From assembly GCA_024704765.1 (NCBI GenBank), contig JAKMXF010000111.1, positions 1,008,619-1,072,618 on the forward strand: a stretch of DNA of 64,000 nt, read 5' to 3'. This document shows positions 44,301-53,300 of this stretch, one piece after another. The position numbers were made by a program, and so were the translations under genes. Each line of letters begins with the position of its first letter. Position 1 is the first letter of the stretch. The notes beneath the pieces are model-generated. The model did no database searches, was not told the origin of the DNA, and saw only the letters and a list, made by a program, of their open reading frames with translations. The DNA is from Oopsacas minuta (lineage: Eukaryota; Animalia; Porifera).

Positions 44301-47300
44301 AACTTTCTTGCCTCTGCCAAGAACATGGGCTGGATTCTACTACCTCCTAATTTTCCCTCTTTGTTTATTGAACTCTTCTACTCTTATCCTTGCAACTCTC
44401 CTTGCTATGGTGGTCCGAAAAATTAAAAAGTCGGTCGGAGATGCGAACGTTCTCTGGTACACCCCCCTTACATCCTACACGGTTAGAATGTTCCTGTTCT
44501 TCGCTGTCGGATCTCTACTCCTCGACCTTATACTCAGTATGTCCCTGGTTGTTAAAAATCACGAATTAATTTTCAACACTAACGAGACCTTCTACTTAGC
44601 TATATCAATAGTATACAACAGCAAGATAGCAATGGATTCTACAATGAACTATCATAAACGGACAAGTCTCAATGTTCTGAAATTATCCTTTATTCCAATA
44701 ATACTCTGGCCTGTCTGCTTGCTATGCTATGAACTAGCTTTCTCCTGGACAACAATAACCAAATTGGTAACTAAATGGATGGACAGTATACAAGGCTTTT
44801 GTCATATCACATTTCTTCCTCTCAGATCTTCAGAACAACAATTACCATCTTCTTCCAATTAATTATTATTTTCTGATAAATATAGTTTCAATTCATATTT
44901 GGTGTATCAGAGTTTGTGTAGAATTTATTGATTTAATTGGACTAAGGCCGAATACTGTATTTCCCCTGGGGCTTATCCAATCAATATTATTATTAATATT
45001 ATTTTGGATAAATGATCGATTCCATTCCCTTCTCATTGAATTTTTTCCCAACTTTCCATCAAATCTTACAGTGTCGAAAATTTATTCAAAAAGCTAGAGA
45101 ATAATAGGTAACTATATACTAGAAACTACAGTAACTTGAACAGTAAATTTTCATATTCTGTGTGTATATCTAAATACGGTAAATTCTTTCTGTGACAGGT
45201 TGTGGATCAGTTCTTGAACTTCATTGCTATAGAAGACGATTTGTTCATCTTGAGGGAGTACCAATCTGACCTTATCTCTTATCAAGGTAAGATATCATAG
45301 ATACATATAGGTATAGTATTTTAGAGGTAATGTATGACATGTCACAAACTATCTCATTTAGCTCTAAACAGTTCTAGTGTGAGTGAAGCTGAGATTACTG
45401 GTATTATTGAAACAATTGCAGATTCTCTTTTCTCAACATTCGTGAATTTAGGTTGGAACTTTTCCTAATTAGTTGTGTTGGTTGTCTTCATCTTATTTTA
45501 AGAGATACATAATTTAAAACTAACTCTAGGGGTGGTCCCGATTATCAGATGTTCCCCATCGAATGCAGCAGAAATGGTTGCCGAGGTAAGAATTATTTAC
45601 TTTGTAATTGCCTATAATTTTACTGATTACTTTAGAGTTTAGACAAGAAGATACGCGAGAACTTAGCTGATATGAACAACAATCTATTTGTACCTAATTT
45701 TCAAAACTTCTCACATCTAAGGTACAATCCTTTTTCTTAAAATTAAATAACAATTAAGCATACTTTATTATTAGTTTCAATCGTCCATTGCTGATAATCC
45801 TAGACAGACACATAGATTTAGCAACACCCCTGCATCACACATGGACATACCAAGCTCTTGCACATGATCTATTGGTAATATACATACCTTATTATACAAA
45901 ATTAGAGGATAAATATTTGAAAATATTTTCATTTCTTAGCCTAATTAATTATTTAATTAATTAGTATGGTTCTTCTAAACCCAGTCGTATATCGGAATAA
46001 ACGTAGGAAGGAAGTGTCACTGCAGACAATTCAATTGAAGATTTTCGTTCAGTATTTTATTGATGACATTAATCATGTTAGGTCTATTGAAGGAGCTATG
46101 TTAACACATACCGAAAAAAAGATTTGTAAAGATCACTAAAATTACAGGAAATATACAAATATGATATAAACCGTCACTTTAATATGATATTCTCAAAAAG
46201 TGAATTTTTTGAAAATTCCTGAACTTTGTGAGGTAGTATTTTTTGAAAGCTCCACTTTTGCGTCCCATTGTGAACGTGTTATTAAGGTCATAGAATTAGG
46301 ACTCAGGGAAATACACGCGAAGGAAATTAATTAACGAAATTTGCAGAATATTAGAAAGTTAATTTCATGCAGCGATAATTTTCTGTAATAAGGTACACTA
46401 CGTGTGTGTGTGTGTATTATGCGGTTTCATTTCACAGATGTTTCAAAATCACATAATATTCACATTCTTTCCATATTTACAAGACTTCTAATAACTATGT
46501 ACATGCGTAGAACATGTTGTTAGTATAAAACATATTTATACATTTTAGGGCCTAAATTTAAACCGGATAATAGTCCCCCCAGACACAGAATCACGTTTAC
46601 GGAACCCTGATGCAGGTAAGATGAATAATTCAATCTCTTCCATCCTACCAATGGGTACGGCTTAAAATTTTTGATATGGCTTATAGATACATATTGTATT
46701 CTACTAATTTTTATTATTGCTAATAATACTAAATATGCATATATATGAGTTTTCATCAAATTACTGATCGAATAATATTGTCATAAGGAATTTTCAATGC
46801 AATTCAGGGTAAAATTATTCAAGTGTTCTTTCATCATCAAAGAACTAAATCCTTCGTTATGTCCTGTCTCAGGGAGACTACCAAATTTGAGGCATTTAGG
46901 ATTACCGAGTTGAAGCTGTGTGCTAAGATTCGCCGCTTGGTAAAGAGCTTTTCCCTGCCATATTGGAACAACAAAATCATTTTCTCCATGTAAGATGAGA
47001 ATTGGCAAGGCAACTGCTAAGTGAGGCACCTTGATGTCTGAGTCAAAATTTATCTTAGTGCCATTCGAAAGCCATTCTGCATACTTCGGTATTAATCTGT
47101 ATATCGAGAATAGAGGGTAGGAATAAGCTGCTTTTATAAAGTTAATAAACGGGCACTCTAAAACCAACCCTTCCGGCATTCGAATATCTGGCTGTTCCTT
47201 TAGAATCCGAAACAACGCCTGGATAGATATACCACTTCCTAGCGAGTGTCCCCAAAGATATAGATGTGCTCCCGGCTCAGAATGCTTCAGTACATATTTA

Positions 47301-50300
47301 TATACACCAATCGCGTCATTTGTCAGTCCCTCCTCACTAATTTGACCCGGACTATCTGCGAAACCTCTGTAATCGTATGTAAGTACTTCAAATCCCTCTC
47401 CGGATAGAAATTGGTAGAGTGAAACTCTGTGGTACATCGCGCGAGAAGCAAATGTACCGTGATTATAAATTACGATAGGTCCAAACCGTCCAAACCTCGG
47501 AGGAGTTTTGCTCACTTCTTCTAGAGCCGAGGAGCGGGGAAGGATGTGCCAGGCTCCGATCTCCTCGCATAGGTCATGCGTGATTTTCAAATTATAACTG
47601 TTTGGGAAGCCAAAGTGAATCGGGTTGTCAAGGTCAGCGAATGGAGGAATGTTGATGCGATTCATGTATGCAAGTTCAATTTGCAGCCAATGTGAAGATC
47701 TGACTGTCAATGGTAATATTATGTAGGCAATGACAAAAGAAATGTTCAAAAAAACGAACAGAAAATTGGATTTTGTGATTAGTCTCAACATAGCCATCAA
47801 AATAAGTTGACAATCATGTTTCATCACTGCTAAACACGGTACTTATATACTACGAATGTGGTAGCGTAATTTACTTCAAAAGATGTGGGAACTATATTTT
47901 TTTCAACTATGTAATCAAATCACTGTCAATTCTACCTTGTGGATAATATAATATAAATTCGAGAATTTCCAGCAGGAAATGACTCATATGAGTATTACAT
48001 GCTTATCAAACACACGCACAGTTAGTTATGTTGTTGCAGGATTAAATGCAGAATTTCTCAGCTCTTATGGCTTACACCTTATTATCGCCTAATTAAATTA
48101 ATTCATCGCGAAAGAAATACGCGTGATTTGGATCCAATAATTTTCAGATACATTAAATTACCGCGATGGAGGGGAAGAATATCAACAAATCAATAACATC
48201 GTGGAAGCTGTATAACCGACACCTGTATGATCAGGAATGTCTCTATAATCCGACTGTGTTTCGAATCTGAAATAGCTTCCGAGTTCTGACAATACAAAAT
48301 CACCTGCATAATCCAACCAAATTTTCATGTCCCACACGACCACGAGTGTCAATGTATCCTGTTTCCACTGCACATAGGTCTATTTATTTATAGAAGCAAA
48401 GACCTACGATCTTCAATCAACAGATACATTTTGGAACACATTTAAAGGAAGGTAATTATTCACTATATTTACAATTAAGATTTTGTTAATTTGAAAGTAT
48501 TTCTTTCAACCTTAGCCCATTCCCTACAGTAGCCGAGTCAATTCAAGCAGAGCTAGATGCTTACAAAGCACAAGAAGGAGAGGTTAAGAGGCTAAAGGAT
48601 GCTATGGTAAGATACCCTGTTATGTGATAATTATAAATTTGTGATTAGCTGTACTTTAATAGGGACTCTCCGATACAGATAATCCTGATGTCGTAAGTGG
48701 GGCAATTGCTTCTAGTACTGCAATGTTAACATCTGCTATAAGGTAATACTTGTGCAGTCTTGATCTTTTGTAATGAAAAGGATTAATATTATTTTGTTTC
48801 TTTATTTTGAATTGTTGGGTTCATGCTCAGCTTTTAGAAAATTTGTTTAGTATGTTAATGTCATTAAATCTATGCCAATTGTTAATATATTTAAGCTCTC
48901 TCCCTGAATTGATGGAGAAGAAGAAATCTATTGACATGCATACAAACATCGCTATGACTCTCTTAGACAACATTAAGGTATTTGTGGATATTTATTGCTC
49001 ACCAGCTGATTAAATACGTATATTCGTTATAGGAGAGAAAGTTAGATGAATACTTTGAGATAGAAGAGAAGATCATGACACGTTCAACAATAGTATGTGA
49101 ATACAATAACCTTAATAACAAATTGATGTGATTATATGTCTTTTCTTTGTAGGATAAAGGGGTATTGGATATAATTAGGAATCCACAAGGTATTTAACTT
49201 GTTAGAACATTTTATATATATAATTATCCTAGAATTTATATAAATAAATGAGCTATAGATAGTATAGCACAGTTTTGTAAATATCTATAAGGAATTAAGG
49301 ACGATATATATCAAATTATTCTAGGATTCGAGAAAGTGACCTCTTCCCATAGTATAGGAAAACTAATACAAAGAATTGCTAAATTAGAGATAGCTATGTC
49401 CTATGTGTATATGTTTAATGCGTAACAATTTGTATTTGTTTTGCTTTATAGCTGGTGTGGAACTGGATAAACTGAGATTGCTAGCTATTCAATATATATC
49501 TTCTCAAGATATGTCTGAGGTTTGTTATAGAGGATATTAACTAGAATTACGTATAAATCATACTAGTATTAATGAAATGTCCGTGTGTGTAGCAGTTCTA
49601 TGTATTCTAGACCTAGTTTGCTGGAATTTTGTAGTATGCATCTATATATGCACAAACTAAACGCTGAATAGAAGTCCGTAAACCAATTCTTGAGCAGTAT
49701 GGAGTTACATAAATATTAATAATCTATATCCTATAGGCTGATCTCGCTCTCTACCTCCCTTCACTTCAGAACTCTATCCACTGCTCGAGTTTGTTCAACT
49801 ATCTCAATAAATGGAAATCAATCTCCAAGCTATTGACAGGACCAGTAGCTGATGGTCTAACTGCAGGAAACACTGCTAGCTCAGTCAGGTATATATAATT
49901 CTAGATATCACATATATGCTTTAAATTTGTACAATGCACATACATGTTTGTATGTCCATATCATAAAATTACGTATTGAGATACCAGTCATACCACAGGT
50001 CAGATTTATTGATACATCACATAACTGTACATAATAGGATTGAACAGTTGAACTATAAAAGGTTGTAAATTGAAAAACACGGCATATCAGTGGAAATAGT
50101 CCGGAATCAGCATACATATCATCCCGTAAGCTGACCATTCCTTAAATAATGGACCCAATGATAAATCAATACGTACGCGTACTATAACAAGACTGTTTAA
50201 TTCATAATTACTAATAATGAATCATTTTATAGCACGATGTTTTCTAAGCTGGTATCATCCGGGTCCAAGCTTTGGACAGAGGGAGTTAAGAATCTCGTCA

Positions 50301-53300
50301 TAAGAGACAAGGTGAGATTACGATTACTTGCTTGCTCACGGGTTGATGTTATATTTATTTGTGATATAATTATTCAGAACCTACCTGTAACAAGAATTAC
50401 AGATGCTCTCATGGAGAATAAATCTATTTCGGTAATTATTCCGGTGATTATATCGCATACTGTATGTTTAGTTGTTTACATAGTCATTTTATATATTTAG
50501 GAAATCAAAGAATATAAATATTTTGATCCAAAGCTACAGTCCAGTTCATTGTAAGTCAATAGTATACGATATTTATATACTATTGGAACGAAGCAATTAA
50601 CTATACGCTCTCTTACCAACACCCACTCGTATTTACAATCTTGCAATGAGTTATTATTCACCCATTCTAATTACATTGAAATACACTATAGTGGTATATA
50701 ATGGTAACACATGGTTGACTAACTAATAAGAATGGCCTCTAAGCTTTATGTCTCAATCGTTACATCCATTTTGATGAGTCCTATCAATAATGGAAAGCGT
50801 ATAAAAGGTTTCAAGAAAGAGTATCCTCCCCTTCCCTGGTACACAGGCTCGGAGATGGAGGAGATCATGAGAGAGGAACAACTTACTGCAGAGACCCAGG
50901 ATCCTTTGCCTAAAGAAGATCCTGTTCTGCAAACACTTAGGCAGAAAGATTTAAAAATGAAGAGAGGAATAAGTTTATTTTTATCTGAAGACCCTGTAGA
51001 AGAAACTAAAGCTAAGAAAGTCTGTATTGAGCCTACTGAATCAATATCATCTCTCTCTTCAGATGAAATGCTAACCCCTACTGATATGCTTTCTCCAGTA
51101 GCTCCAGCTCCTGAAGTTGAGGCGAAGAGAAATCTTTCAGGTTGTTTTCGCTTGGAAGAGGACTTAGATATTGATGCGAGTGAGTACGAATATGGATCTA
51201 ATAGAAAGCAAACAATTTCTCCTAAAGATACAAATCAACAAAATACATCTACTGAGAAGGAGAAACAATCATCTGATCTGGTTATTGAGCCGCAAGATAC
51301 AATAATGACAAGTAGCCCCAATACTACCCCTCCTAAAGATAAAGATATTAATACCACTTCACCAGAAGTCTCAACAACTCCCATCAAGGATACACCCACC
51401 CTTACAGAAGAGGAGGTAGCAGATATAAACAGGAAGAGCTTTATCCTCCATTATGAGAGTATGTGTCGTGTAGTAGGTTTGAGTAAGGTAGGAAGAGAAA
51501 CATTATTGAAAGAGTGGCAGGAACAGGAAGTAGGATCTAAAACAAAACCAGTTGGTATCCTCAAGAACCCAACAGAAAGATTTGATATCAAAACTGATAC
51601 TAACAGTCTGAATACTCTTAATACTCCTACTACTGATAAAGTAGTGTCATTCTGTATACCACAAACCTCACTGGCTACTGATACAAACCATGTAGTTAAT
51701 GTATCACAAACTTCTTCAAATTCCAATCTACCAAGTCTGCCAACTGAATCTAGTACAGCTGGTTCAGCTTGCGAAGAACCGACTACACCTATTCTAACTC
51801 CTTCTCCCTTAATTCATCCTCTTCCATCTGCCTTCATGTCCACACCTCTCCGCGGTGTACCAACTGACAAGGGTCCTGTCAGCTCTGCCTCCTTCCCTAA
51901 GCCCCCTCTTATTTCTCAGGACATATCTATCATTCCACCTATTACCAATCAAACTAAATATCCATTCCAATCGTTAGTTACCAGCCCTGAGGTATTCCAA
52001 GCTCCTCTTTCTTCCAAAAGTGTGATTTCTCAACCTACACATCTACAGACTTCCTTCCTTGCACCAATTATGTCAAATCCTCTCTCTGTACTTCCTACTA
52101 CTTCACAGGCTATTACCCCTGTTATAATCATTTCTTCATCTTCTAACAAGCCTTTCAATCCGTTATTATTCCTATCCAAAAGCCAGGCTGTATCTACACC
52201 ACAATCTAGTCTGATTTCTAATAGCTTATTTAAAATGCCAGCTACATCATCTAGTCTTGCTAATCCTGTTTCTTTATTTCAAACTTTTCAAAATACTTCT
52301 GTACCAAAAACTACTCAAACAATCTCTTCAGCTTCTTCTCTATTTCAACTTCCAGTAACTCCTAGCACATCTACAAGTCCTGCTTACCCTGTTTCTTTAT
52401 TTCAAACTTTTCAAAATCCCGCTGTACCAAAAATTACTCAAACAATTTCTTCAGGTTCTTCTCTATTTCAACTTCCAGTAACACCTAGCTCATCTACAAG
52501 TTTGACATCTACCTCCACTCCTATCTTTAGTTTTCTAGCTCCTTCAAATTCTAAAGCTAACCAGCTTCAGCCTGCTACTAATTTACTCAAGTCAAACAAG
52601 CCATTCCATAATTTAGAGTTATCTTATTCCATTCCTACTACTTCAAAACCTCAGTTTACCCCTCTAGCTCCTAGCTCTTTCAAACCTTTACTAGCTACAA
52701 ACTCACCATTCCAGCCTGTTATCAAATCAACACCTTCCTCCTTTCTTCCTCAAGACCCTCCTGCTCCTTCTGTTAACTTCCAAGCTAATCCGGTATCTGC
52801 TCCAGCGTTCCAATTCAATCCACAACCTAGTGAGCCGCCTCTCCCAACTGTACCCACATTTACATCAGGGATACCAATGAATTTCGCATTTGGACAGACA
52901 ACAGACACGAATAGTTCTGCTATTTTCTTAGGAACTGGGGGCGGGAGAGGATCAGGATCAGGGACAAGTAGTGGCACATCCCAGTCTCCTTATCGTCCTG
53001 CTAGGAATACGTTTAAAAAGAAACGAAAATAAATACATAATCTAATATATCCTTGCTTTATTAATTAATTACAGTATACATCTCGATCAGAAGCTACAAA
53101 AAACGCGTTATATGTAACCGCTGATATTTTCTAGTATGTTATTTTCTGTGACTGGAAAATGGCATTCTTGAATATCATAAGTTGTTCTCCATTCTTGGAT
53201 GCGTGGTTTTATATATCGGCCGACACATTTGCATTTGCATATAAGTCAGCTTTAGTTTTAACTTTCTGTTGCTAATTTGTACACTCATTTACTTGTACTT

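Noticed and set aside
48807-50500. Short plus ORFs 48807-49013 and 50237-50500 as separate genes
   Set aside because: They contain SCFD1 exons ([28 protein letters not shown]) plus intron sequence.
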